This document shows positions 23,926-34,755 of a DNA stretch of 44,697 bases, piece after piece. The notes beneath the pieces were generated by a model. The model did no database searches. It had not been told where the DNA came from and saw only the letters and a program-made list of their open reading frames with translations. Within the stretch, counting starts at the first letter, position 1. Each line of letters opens with the position of its first letter. The position numbers and the translations under genes were made by a program. The stretch comes from Catajapyx aquilonaris (Eukaryota): NCBI GenBank assembly GCA_000934665.2, contig JYFJ02003230.1, positions 1-44,697 of the forward strand. Direction: 5' to 3'.

Positions 23926-25061
23926 TATACAAACCATCCCAGCAGCCAGAGCATCACAGCACCGAAAGCAAAACGGCCCTTTTCAGGGCCAACAGAAGTA
24001 TCTGTTCACAATGCGAACCAGAGCAACACCCACATCATAGTAAACTGCTACCCATCCACCCAGAAGCCTCTTTCCTTCCTTCAAGATTCATTTCAGACCA
24101 GCGCACCATTCAATGGAAAAGGGGACTCCTGTGCCTGCTTGTGGTGCTATAAGATATGACCATTATTCAGCAATCCGAAGATATTGTCATCAATGGAATC
24201 TCCAAATCATTTCTGCACCTGCAGTGGATGACTGGAACATTCATCCTGTAGCCCACTTATTAGCGGGATTGAGCTGCTCCATGTAAGTTGGAAAATGCAT
24301 AAATTGCGTATGCAGGAAACAACATGGTTTCCTATTCGTATCTCAACGTCTGCAATCATTACTGTCGCTACCAATGCCTGACCCTGGAATGGATTGTTTA
24401 AGCTATATTCTACCTTAGTAACATATATGCTAACTTTACTGTTTTGTATGATGAACAGCCAAAGGAGACTTTTGAGCATGGCACATGACCATGCTGATCC
24501 TGGTGTTTACACATACTGGGTCAGATGTCAATACCTTGTTCCTGGAAACTGTGTACTTCCAAAAAGGATTTCATGCATTGATTTGCTATTTTTTGTAGTA
24601 AACATTTTCTAAGCATTAAAATCTTTGTTATTGATATAACCATGAAGAATAACATGGGCACTTGAATGGAGGTAACAAAAAAAAATGCACTTCAATGATG
24701 TCTGGCAGTTACTGTACTTGTACAGCAAAATCAATTTTAATATTCAACCACTGCAAGTGAAGTTGATGCTGTCTTTGGATATTTTGAAATAAGAAGTGCA
24801 TCGTGCACTGGCATTTTGTAAAAAAAAAAAAACCCTGATACAAATGCAAGTCGTTATATAGGGGGGCCTACCACCATCGGTTTTCTAGTATTTCATACTT
24901 TTTCTTCGTTCACCATGCAGGGCAGCAAGGAAAGGGGGGTAAGGATAGGGATTTTTGGGGAGGGGACACAGGGTCAAGTGCAATGGGTCATGTTTGTGGT
25001 AACAAGCGAAAGATATTCCTTTCTAGTAACTCCATGTACACTTTATTTTCACACTGTTATT

Positions 25062-27826
25062 TTATGTCTTGTAATTGATATTCATGAACACAAGTTTCTT
25101 TGTCTCTTCTGCAGTTAACCGACCCCGGTTCTCAAAAACCATGTCTCTGTCCTTAGCAAAAATCTGCTCACTAGGGATGGAAGTGGCCACAATGCCAAGC
25201 TTCTCCCTTGCAATTTTGGCTAGATGAGGAAATACATGTCTGTGGGTCTGCCACCACTTAAATGGGTCCTGGTCCAGATCCAGCACTGCCTCCTCCATGT
25301 ACCTGAAATACACCAAATACCAAATAAAACTAGTAGTAATTGGCAAAACATTTCTTTTAATAAAATCAAGAGTACACATGCTGCAGAAGGAAGGTTGGCA
25401 CCATCTGAGGCCTCACCAATCAGTGCACAGCAGGTGCGTGACATATCCTAGATGGCAAAATCTGGTCCTTAATTGAACGGCAGGCTCTTAGCAGACACTA
25501 TACACATCACTTTTTAACAGTAGCCACATGCCTGTTTGTCCAGATTTTGCCATCTAGGTGATATCACACACTTGCTATGTGCTGATTGGTCAGGCCCTGG
25601 ATGGTGCTACCTTTCCTTCCATATCAACTTTACTTATAATGTTCACCAAAATTACACTCACCCTTCAAGCTCAGCTCTAGCAACCATTTCAGGTGGAAAT
25701 CCTGTCTTGGCCACCAACTGCTTTGACTGGATCTGTGCCCATGCAGACAATGAACCAGATGGCTGATTTTCCTCATCTCGAGTCATAGCCTCTTGATGTG
25801 CTACCATAATGATTAACTGTTGACGCACCTTTGCTGCCTCTGCCTCGCTAGGAAATGCAAACCCCTTGAACCGCGGATCAAGGAATGTGGCTAATGCCAT
25901 TGTCTCAGCCACATCAGGACTGCCACTCATTGATTTCAATCCACTCTCCAACACTGCTATCATAGCTCGAGGTACCTGCTCATACTGACGCTTCTTCAGT
26001 TCTTCAGTGACTGATAGTAAGCCCTGTGTCAGAACCATTGTTTGTGATCCCAGGATGTATTGCTCAGTGCACAATTGATTTATTAGCTCCTCAAAAGGTA
26101 GCAGCACTTCTATCAGTTCACGACACTCTTTCCACTCTAGCTCTGTCAGACATGGTATGTCGCTGCTAAGTGAAGCAGTAGTGACCTTAATTGCTTGTTC
26201 CAGTTCAACAAAACGTTTAAACATGGCAAATACCACATCCCAACGAGGCTCAGGTGCATCAAGGAGTTCGTTAGGTGATGGTTCTTGTGCTATCAAGAGT
26301 GCCGAGGTTGCAACTGCATCATTTTTAAACCACAAAACGACGTTACGTACTCTTGAGCGGAGCCCTTCTGCTTCTTGTAAAGCTGTCTGGAGCAGCAGAT
26401 TCAAGGAGCGTCCATAACATGGAAACTGTGGCCATTGTAATCCACATATTGATGAATCCTTTGGATCACCATCATCACCAGTTACAACTACTGTAACATT
26501 ATCAGTTATTCCCCAGCACGAGGTAATTTGTGTGATTATTTCACTCACTTCATTACGCCCAATTTCAGTACATTCCAGCATTACACTGTGAAACTGCATC
26601 GACTCTGTAACAAAATGAGCTGCTACACTGATGAAATTCACATTGGCAATTGATGCCCAAAAATCTGTTGTTAGGCAGACAGTAGCAGCTTCATTCATTT
26701 TCTCATGCGCCTTACGTAATGCCAATCTGTAATTCGACTGGAGTGTGACATGATCAAGGGCGTCAATCACTGGGAGGTCAAAGAGTGGATTGAGGGCATC
26801 AACAAAGTTTATAAAGGAAGAACTATCCACCAAACCAAGGGAATGGTATGACTTGTAAAACAGTTGCACCAGTGCATCATATACACGGCGTTCCTGTTTC
26901 AAAGTGAATCGATCTTTTGCAGTGAGTGTGGCCAGATCAACTGTACCTTCTAGAATTCCTGGATGCATCAACTTGAGGTGATGTTTAAGGTTGGAAATAG
27001 TAGTTCGGCAAGACATTTCCTTCAAGCAATGGCCACACACAGCATACCCTTTATTGGTTTCACTGTCTGTAAAGTGTTGCCAGACTATGCTTGTACGTTT
27101 ACGTGGATTTGGTCGTTTGGAGACTTTGGTGGTGCCATCTTCTAGATGCATTGTTTTCAAATGCATCTTGAGGTTGGAAACAGTTGTCGCAAAAGAAATC
27201 TCCTGGTGACATATATTGCAAATTGCCTTTCCTTTTTTATCAGGACATGGTGTGAAATCCTTCCAAGCGCTGCTCCATTTTTTACATTGTGATCTAGTTT
27301 GTTTGTGCAAATTTTGACCAGGTTTTTGTACATTTTGCCTTGGGCTTACTTCACTTCCTGCTTTTATTGCTGATTTGACAGGAAGCGGTTCTGCAGCATC
27401 AGAATTATCACTAGTAGTCTCCTCAAATTCAACATTCTCAATCTCAGCATTAGTCACACTGGTTCTCCTCTCCAAATTTTCTGAGTTGGCTGAAGCTTCG
27501 AACACCCAAATGGATTCTTCATCTCCCGAAATCTTTGGCTTTGGGGTACGTTTAGCTCGACGGATTGCCAGTGGTAAGTCCTCCCTGATGCCAGATGTGA
27601 ACTCCTTTCCTGCAGATGTGGGCCCCACACTTGTACTTGTGGTATCCGGCCCTGTAGACATGGCCTCTGTCGCTGTAGACGAGGGCTTGGTCACCGTAGA
27701 TGTGGGATCTGCAACCTTAGATCTGGCCTCCGACACTGCAGGTACGATCTTCGACCTTTTCTTTGGAGGCATATTTGCTTGCTTCAGAGATGAATTGGTA
27801 CGGTATGGTTTTTTCCTCGGTGGCAT
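25062..27826 (-). CDS. ZBED-like protein derived from a hAT transposase (2 BED fingers, RNase-H-like core, hAT dimerisation domain), ~801 aa, exons 27826-25662 and 25302-25062
   Basis: BED fingers W..F...C..C......NLK.HL...H twice. LTTDFW, FLDPRFK and DPFKWW...FPHLAKIA...ATSIPSEQIF motifs. Phase-2 intron GG|GTGAGT...TTTCAG|G. Acceptor TTACAG 3 nt before the ATG. AATAAA just after the stop. Confidence 0.88.
25387..25619. repeat. ~80-bp imperfect inverted repeat (MITE-like) inside the ZBED intron
   Basis: GAAGGAAGGTTGGCACCATC...CTAGATGGCAAAATCTGG (25387-25465) pairs with CCAGATTTTGCCATCTAG...GATGGTGCTACCTTTCCTTC (25540-25619). Confidence 0.75.
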
Positions 27827-28819
27827 AACCTGTAAGAAACCATCAAATCCCAAATGTTGTCTTTATTTGCAATGCATTTCAGCAGCCAGTTTTGATATGA
27901 TTCCACAAAATTTTCATTTTAGCTTCAGTTGTTGATGCACTAAGATGTGAAATGCACATATTTTCAGCAGTCACAAACACACTGTAACAGGAAATGTAAA
28001 GTCATGTCTTAACCTTACTCTGAAAACTACCTCTAATCAGCTACCCTGATTCTGATGGTCTCCACATGATCATTACAATGTACAACACTAGTTGGACCCA
28101 TTGCCATTTTTTTTTTTTTTTTTTGCATACAGTACATGTGACATTAATGCTAATTTTTTGTCCAACTCTCAGTTCAGTGAATTTGTGAAACAACATTTAA
28201 TGCAGTATCAATTCTGCTATTCACAGGGTTTTCCTTGCTGGGGACTGGAAAATGCTGCTTGTTTCTGCATTACACAGGTTCTGCTATACTGGACAAAAAA
28301 AAACATATCTTGCTGTAAGAACCATAGTGTAAGTGAGGGAGATAAAATATGCTTTTCAAAAATTCAGTGTTGGATATAAAATGATCACTCAGAAATTTAC
28401 TCAGTTGAGTTGTTACCTGACCTACAAAGTACCCACACCGCGGTCTGGATCCAGACCGCGATGCAATTTTGTCCGGACTGCGATGATATACATGACAGTT
28501 TGAAATAGTATTAGAAATTACTAATTCACGATTTTTTGAAAAAAAGTGATACCAATTTCATCAAATACACACCCATTCAAATCTCCCACATTCACATAAG
28601 CTCGTGTGTCCTTGAACCCCCCAAAAACCGCCCTGTATGGCTTCTTCACCTTGTGCTATTGAAATCCCCCCCCCCCCTATAACAATTTAGGTCAACGCAA
28701 CATCGTGATGTGACAGTGTGTCCGCCACAGCAATCAGGGGCCAGTCACATCATTTGGGAATGCTACAGCAGTGACAATGGCTGTGGAAGCACAATGCAAT
28801 TGTTTCATTCCTGCAGGTC

Positions 28820-29062
28820 AACTTGCCATTGACGTCATCGTTTTGTTTACTAATTCCTAGTTGACAGAAATCTGCTGAATGCACCCCTGGAACCACTCCC
28901 TTTCAACTTTTCCATGGAGAGTCACTCATGCAACAATGGGAGTAATTTTTACTCCCATTATGTTACCTATACAGACAAGTTGAAAAGTGTGGGGTTTGCA
29001 AATTCGGCAGATTTCTGTTGACTAGGAATTAGTAAACAAAACGGTGATGTCAATGGCAAGTT
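28820..29062. mobile_element. MITE-like element with ~60-bp inverted repeats
   Basis: AACTTGCCATTGACGTCATCGTTTTGTTTACTAATTCCTAG... pairs with ...CTAGGAATTAGTAAACAAAACGGTGATGTCAATGGCAAGTT. Confidence 0.7.
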
Positions 29063-29094
29063 AGCATAGCCTCCCTATGTCGTCTGTAGTAGTT

Positions 29095-29297
29095 ACGACT
29101 GTCTTTGTGTGTAGCTTGTTGCTACCCAATCCAGGTGTCCAATTATTCCCTGGTGCTCAAATGTAGCAGTTTCAATATGATAGGGCAGCATCTGGGGACT
29201 GGAGCACAACAAGCTCCAAAAAAAATAACAGCTTCGAGGGAAATGTCGCGTAACTATCAAGTAAGTCTCAAGTGACCTGCATTATTGGAACACCCTG
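29095..29297. mobile_element. Partial copy of the 9689-9923 MITE family
   Basis: Shares CTTGTTG...ATCCAGGTG and GCACAACAAGCT...AATAACAGCTT with that element. Ends TTGGAACACCCTG|TA. Confidence 0.6.
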
Positions 29298-29439
29298 TAT
29301 ACAGTACAGTGAGAAATCAATCTGCATTTACATGTGCGCGATGTCATCGCCGAGATTGTTTGGAGCAAAAGTAATAATACGGTTACTCGGACGATGACAT
29401 CCAGTGATCACATCGCTCACATGTAAATGCACCTTGACA

Positions 29440-29631
29440 CAGTTGACTGCGGATATGACAGTCTCGTGTATAACAGACTTACTGTTATAACAGACTCGAA
29501 AGACCAATCCAGGCATACTGCCCTTCCATCTACATGGCTTTAGTATTCGGCTATAACAGACCTTGGTTATAACAGACTGATTTATTCCGTGGTGCCACCC
29601 TTGAAGTCTGTTATATCCAGATTCAACTGTA
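29440..29631. mobile_element. pogo/mariner-like MITE fragment with repeated TATAACAGAC
   Basis: Four direct and one inverted TATAACAGAC. Terminus GATTCAACTG|TA. Confidence 0.5.
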
Positions 29632-29695
29632 CATGAAACTGCTGGTACTGCTAAAATAAAACAAGGTAGACAAACGATTAATTGTGCATCGATAT

Positions 29696-30020
29696 ACTCA
29701 CCAGTGTGTTACACTCGACTTGGCAGTCTACACCAGCAATAAAGGGTACTGCGCTGCAGCCAGCTGCAAACCCTGGAAGTAAATAGGATGTGAGTAAAGG
29801 TGGTTCATGATTCCAGTGGCAGGCACCAGCGTACGTACAATTATTCGAGACACACACAACAAGAACAAGTGGCAAATGTAACAAGACTCCACGGGGCGCG
29901 TCCGAATGAACTGTGACGTCACTTGGTCGACAGAGGCGCTCAAATGTTACGTAATTAAGTCGCCAGATGGCTCTGCATGTAATAAGGACGGGTTTATCCG
30001 TGGTGCTCACAGATGGCGGG
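29696..30020 (-). promoter_or_regulatory. Shared promoter/5'UTR cassette, copy F, upstream of the ZBED-like gene
   Basis: Acceptor TTTACTTCCAG (29773-29775), exon 29702-29772, donor GTGAGT 29696-29701. GCGTCCGAATGAACTGTGACGTCACTT and AGATGGCTCTGCATGTAA are shared with copy I. Confidence 0.65.
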
Positions 30021-30309
30021 GTGATCGCGAGTCACCCAAAAATTTTGTGCTGCCTTCCAGGCTGGACAACTCGAAAACAAAAATCCAGAAGCGACTATTC
30101 CATCAACTGAAATTGATCTGCCTACTTTTTTGAGCAGGAAAATACCCTGTAGTTGAGAGGTGGATGCTTAAATAATATTATGAAACAACTGCTGTAATAA
30201 GTGGAAGAATCAGATTGGCCCCCAGAGAGGATGAATCTGACAGTGAGTCCGGCGGAATCAGGCGGAATACACTGGAAGCCATAAAGAAAATATTATTCCT
30301 CCCTCTGAT

Positions 30310-30395
30310 ATACTCACAGCTCTACACCGAATTCACTGGACAACGACTATTGTCCTTCCAGTCACCAGCGAGGGTCCAGTCCCGCTGCTGGCCTT
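30310..30395 (-). repeat. Partial cassette relic, copy G (donor plus exon only)
   Basis: ATACTCAC...TTCCAGTCACCAGC.AGGG resembles cassette exons K and I. Confidence 0.45.
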
Positions 30396-30884
30396 ACCAA
30401 AAGAAGAAAAAATTACCGACGGACATGCCAAACGATACATTTTATTCAATTAGCCATTAAGAAAATATTTCAATCTTACATTAATTTCAATCGTTCAGCC
30501 TGCCAGTGTGCAAAGTCTTTTAAAAGTGTTTTCAATATGAACATAAATTGTGGCAATATTGTGAAATCACAAATCTGGATATGATGTAAACAACTGTAAC
30601 TAAAAATGATAAACGCAGCATGGTCTTCACAATCATTAATCAATATTTATAACTGGCACAATTGTGTGGGCTTCAGTGGACAAATCAACAAATAAGGATT
30701 ACATATAAATCACGTCAAAATCAAATAATCCCATAATATTTAGTAAGTAAAGAAAAACTCAAGAACTTCAACATTGTGCAATTTTTCCAAGAGGTACAGT
30801 ACACCCCTTGAGTGAGTCATGCAACATCACACAAAAGTAGGAATCATATCATGCACAAGCCAAGGAACACCGCTGAAATCATAG

Positions 30885-31913
30885 CTACATCAAACTTTCC
30901 TGAACATCAAACAGATCCAAAAGAACCTTCAAAACATCTACATCATCACATTCTTTCCAAGACTTAGACTCTTTCACCTCCTTCACATTGGACGTAACAA
31001 ATTTCAAGCACATATCCTTCAGCACTGGTGTGTTGTACAATGTGGCACACTTCAAAAGGTGCAGTACATTTTCTACAGTCACAAATTTGACCAGATGACA
31101 TTCGCACATGGACTTCAGCCGAAGAACCTGATACTTATCAGCAGCTGCCAACAATTCCAGAGTTAATTCATCAGTCATGCTTGCTGGAATTTGATCAGAG
31201 TACATGAAGTGTATGAGGCCTCGCACCACTTCAGGCTTCAAGTCCTTGATAATGACCTTGCCTGTCCTTTTTTCGTCAGTGTCATGCTCAAACATGGCTG
31301 CAAACACTGGGCTTCGAACGCAAAGAATAAACTTGTGCACTGGAATCTCTGACCCATTTACCACCAATGCCACATCCTTACTCAAAGTTGACTGCAAAGC
31401 ATTCTGCACATCTTCAGATAATTGAGGGCCACTAACCTCAGTACTCACTTTCACTTCCTCATGTTTTCTCTCCAAAAGGACCTCTCCTTCACAAATCAAG
31501 GTAAGGGTATCATTAGGAAGGAGGTCAGATGCCGACCTTGCCAACTCTTGGATGGAAATAAATTTAGAATAGCCCCAACCGTCGGGCCAACTATGATACA
31601 CCTTAACAAATGGGCCAATACTATAATCATTGTTGGTGGCACTCTTAATAGAGAATTTCCATGATGCTGTGACATCATCACCATATTCATCAGGAAGGTA
31701 GGCGAGGAAAAGTGACAGAAAACTTCTACATTCCTCACTATTGCCTTTGGGATGAAGCGTCATCACCCACATTCTTGGGGTAGGTCCCCCAGTCGTAAAT
31801 GCTTCGGAGGTAATTGTCTTCTCCTCTGCAAATGAGTTATATTTCTCAATAGTCCACTTGAAGCAGAATGGTCGAGTATGTCGACTCAAGACAATGTGTT
31901 GGGCATCCGACAT
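30885..31913 (-). CDS. SPOP-like MATH-BTB protein copy 6 (342 aa, intact)
   Basis: Complete MATH (FLSLFL, DGWGYSKF) and BTB (VHKFILCVRSPVFAAMFEH, LLAAADKYQVLRLKSMCE). Confidence 0.93.
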   Translation of the reverse strand: MSDAQHIVLSRHTRPFCFKWTIEKYNSFAEEKTITSEAFTTGGPTPRMWVMTLHPKGNSEECRSFLSLFLAYLPDEYGDDVTASWKFSIKSATNNDYSIGPFVKVYHSWPDGWGYSKFISIQELARSASDLLPNDTLTLICEGEVLLERKHEEVKVSTEVSGPQLSEDVQNALQSTLSKDVALVVNGSEIPVHKFILCVRSPVFAAMFEHDTDEKRTGKVIIKDLKPEVVRGLIHFMYSDQIPASMTDELTLELLAAADKYQVLRLKSMCECHLVKFVTVENVLHLLKCATLYNTPVLKDMCLKFVTSNVKEVKESKSWKECDDVDVLKVLLDLFDVQESLM

Positions 31914-32489
31914 TTCTCACTTGCTGAGCTATAGGAGGAAGGATCATGATGAGTTAGAAAAATGTGGTCGGAAAGTGTGCATATAATTTCGATACATGTG
32001 CGAGTACAACACACTGTAATATTCTGTAATTGAAAGCAATACACCGTAATACATACATGTAAACCTTGCCTTTTGGATTAGCCTTTTCATGTATTTGAAG
32101 CAAATATCATGTTCTACGAGGTTCATGCAAGTGTGCTGTGCATCATACCTCACTACAATGCCAGCATAGGGTATAGCCACCAGATCATGACAAATAAAAA
32201 CTGGTTGACTTGGACTTACTTGTACATTCGCTTAAAGAATTTCCTTTCGACATAAAGCGAAGAAATTAGCCTCCAACAGATGTGCTGCCTCCCCCTGATG
32301 CAATGACTCGCACTCCCCTAGCTAGCACCTCCATTGGAGGCTAATTTCTTCGCCTCATGTGGAAAGGAAATCCTTCAACCAACTGTACACCGGCACATAC
32401 CGTAAATCTTCTGAACAAATCAGTGATTGTAATTTCTTGTTTTACGTGCCATACGCTGCAGGTCACAACTTGTCCGTACCAGGAATACG

Positions 32490-32750
32490 TCCGGTCCTGC
32501 TGCTGCCAACCTGTGGAAGTAAAAGTGGATGTCAGTAAACTGGTCATGAACTTGTCGTATTCCAGTTCACTGTACCTTCACCTCATGGTACGGTACGAAC
32601 ACTTCAAGACACAAACACATGCAACAGAAAACTAGGCCTGTGGTCACGTAATAAACAAGCATGTCCGAATTCACAGGCTTGCAGTTGGGACATTGCCCAT
32701 TCGAGGCTCTCATAAACTGATTTGTTATTCGATCACTATAGATGGCTGTG
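32490..32750 (-). promoter_or_regulatory. Shared cassette, copy H (for copy 6)
   Basis: CCTGCTGCTGCC..GGAAGTAAAA..GGATG..TGGTCATGAAC..ATTCCAGT.CACTGTACCTTCAC, plus TAGATGGCT at ~32739. Confidence 0.6.
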
Positions 32751-33009
32751 TGTGGATGAAATGCTTGAAAAACCTTTGATCATAACTATAAATGCAAAAA
32801 AAAAAAAAAAAAAAAAAAACTTCATTTCCTTAATCAAATTAGCAGTTACAACTTTCCATATGAGTTCGTATTTACTCGTATAATGAGCAAATTAATACTA
32901 CCCGAGATGAATTCACATTCTCAGGGGATATATTGGAACAAACAAAACAATAATCTGCATAACATACAGTAGGTAGCCTACACTATTAGGTACAACTTTC
33001 ATGTCCATA

Positions 33010-33518
33010 TAAATAACATTTCTGTGGCAAAATTATATGGGAAAAACAGAAGACTGGTAATGAACAAAAAATAGGAATACCTGCGCTACACGAACATCGC
33101 ATCTGAATCATATTGTACTACACTCTACACGCAGTGCTTCCCAAACTTGGGGGGCCATGAACATAATTTTTGGGAGCAGGGTAACAAATAATTTTTAAAA
33201 TTTTGTAAAAATTATTTGTTACCCTGCTCCCAAAAATATATCTCCTGAAAAATATGGCTGTAACACCAATAAGCAAACCCAGGTGAAAGTCTCGTTCTTG
33301 TATTGCACCAAAGGTATTGCACTACCGAGTTTGAGTGGATTTATCACCCATGAGTGCAAGCTCCAGGACCCATTTCCTTGACATAGATCCACCAGTCGTA
33401 AATATTAGGGATGTAATTTTATCCTCCAGTACTAATGCATATTATATTTTTCTATAATCCACTTGAAGTAGAATGGCCTAGTTGGTTGAGTCCAGACCAT
33501 TTGTTGGACGTCAGACAT
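33010..33518 (-). pseudogene. Collapsed MATH-BTB pseudogene (copy 7): 5' ~170 nt of CDS plus 3' flank, body missing
   Basis: ATG 33518 reads MSDVQQMVWTQPTRPFYFKWIIEKYN, then a 2-bp insertion, then ...KITSLIFTTGGSMSRKWVLEL. 33010-33110 is the reverse complement of the copy-4 3' flank (12100-12200). Confidence 0.75.
33132..33240. mobile_element. hAT-type MITE fragment with an internal palindrome
   Basis: Begins CAGTGCTTCCCAAACT, a typical hAT/Charlie-like terminus. TTTTTGGGAGCAGGGTAACAAATAATTTTTA pairs with TAAAAATTATTTGTTACCCTGCTCCCAAAAA. Confidence 0.5.
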
Positions 33519-33910
33519 TTCTTTGTTGATCAGAAGGAAGAAAGATTATCATGATGCGATTAAGATATTTCTTCCAAGTGCAGAAATTAAGAAAGCCACG
33601 TTCCTGCCCAAGTGTTAACAACTCCAACAGCACGGTGGGGAATATTCTGTGATGGATTTTTCCCTGAAGTAGGCCTATTGCTTGCACATTGCCATTTGCT
33701 GATTCTATAATTTTATGCATACAGGACTGGAGTATGGCCTCCTACATGGCATATATTATAGAGTGGTGATAGAGGTAATGTGTTCTATGGTTAAGGGGCG
33801 GTTGCACCAAGCGTGGTATATGATAAACCAGCCGTTATTTAGGAAAATCCGTTAGGGCATGTTAAACGGTCACCATGTAGAGCAGTTGAGTGTAAGGCTT
33901 TACAGACCTA

Positions 33911-34132
33911 GGCCTGAATCTTCGACGTCTCGTGCAAACCTGCGGGAGGAGCTCGAGAGGGGAGTTTAACAGGGTGCAGCCAGTTAGAGTAAAAAATCAT
34001 CACATTTTAGAGTAACAAAATGAAGTACTCCTGACGTTCTTTCCCAGTCAGGGATTAACGCCATTGGAAAAGTTTCTCCAGAAGATTACGGCCCCTCCCG
34101 CAGGTTTGCACGAGACGTCGAAGATTCAGGCC
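33911..34132. mobile_element. MITE with ~38-bp perfect terminal inverted repeats (possibly PIF/Harbinger-like)
   Basis: GGCCTGAATCTTCGACGTCTCGTGCAAACCTGCGGGAG pairs with CTCCCGCAGGTTTGCACGAGACGTCGAAGATTCAGGCC. Confidence 0.8.
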
Positions 34133-34416
34133 CTATATTCTACAATCCCCAGGTAGCCTGACTGGATAGGTACGTTTTCAGGTACATTGCGTATTGTTTG
34201 CTTAATTCCGTGGCATCTTATCCGCCCGGCCAGCTTCAAAACATCATGGTCCTTGGCGCAATCTGGCTTGGGAGCCCCATAACGCATAATGTACAATGAT
34301 GTTGGAGTAAGAATGTCAGTGCGACACGCTGTTCACGTTGTGTGCGGACATCCCGATTCAGTGCTGTAGGCTTGGGCATGCCGTACTGTACTGTATGGCT
34401 GTTAACATGTAATGAT

Positions 34417-34755
34417 ACTCACCGGCGGACAATAACCAGAGCCACTGCTGTGTCCTTTCAGTGGTCAGCAATCAGGGTGCTCCAGTCCTTCTGCTGCCAC
34501 CCTGGAAGTAGAGAGGATGTGAGTAACCAGGTCATGAATTTCAAGTACACTGTACCTTCAACCTCTGTACGTAGAAGACGAGCCATACCAAAAAGACACG
34601 TGCAGAGGAACACTAGGCCTGGTGACGCAATTGGCGGCGTCCGAATGAACTGTGACGTCACTTCGGGCTCAAACGTCATGTTCATTCGTCACTAGATGGC
34701 TCTGCATGTAAAAAGGCAGTTGTAATAATTACAGCTGTCGTTCAGAGATGGCGGA
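34417..34755 (-). promoter_or_regulatory. Shared cassette, copy I (for pseudogene copy 7)
   Basis: Donor 34417-34422, exon 34423-34501, acceptor 34502-34504. TGACGTCA at ~34653 and CACTAGATGGC at 34690-34700. Confidence 0.65.

Noticed and set aside
25062..27853. Active autonomous hAT transposon
   Set aside because: No TIRs or TSD seen, and the CxxH and second-Asp motifs are altered.
27375..27935. 186-aa plus-strand ORF
   Set aside because: Antisense to the low-complexity ZBED N-terminus.
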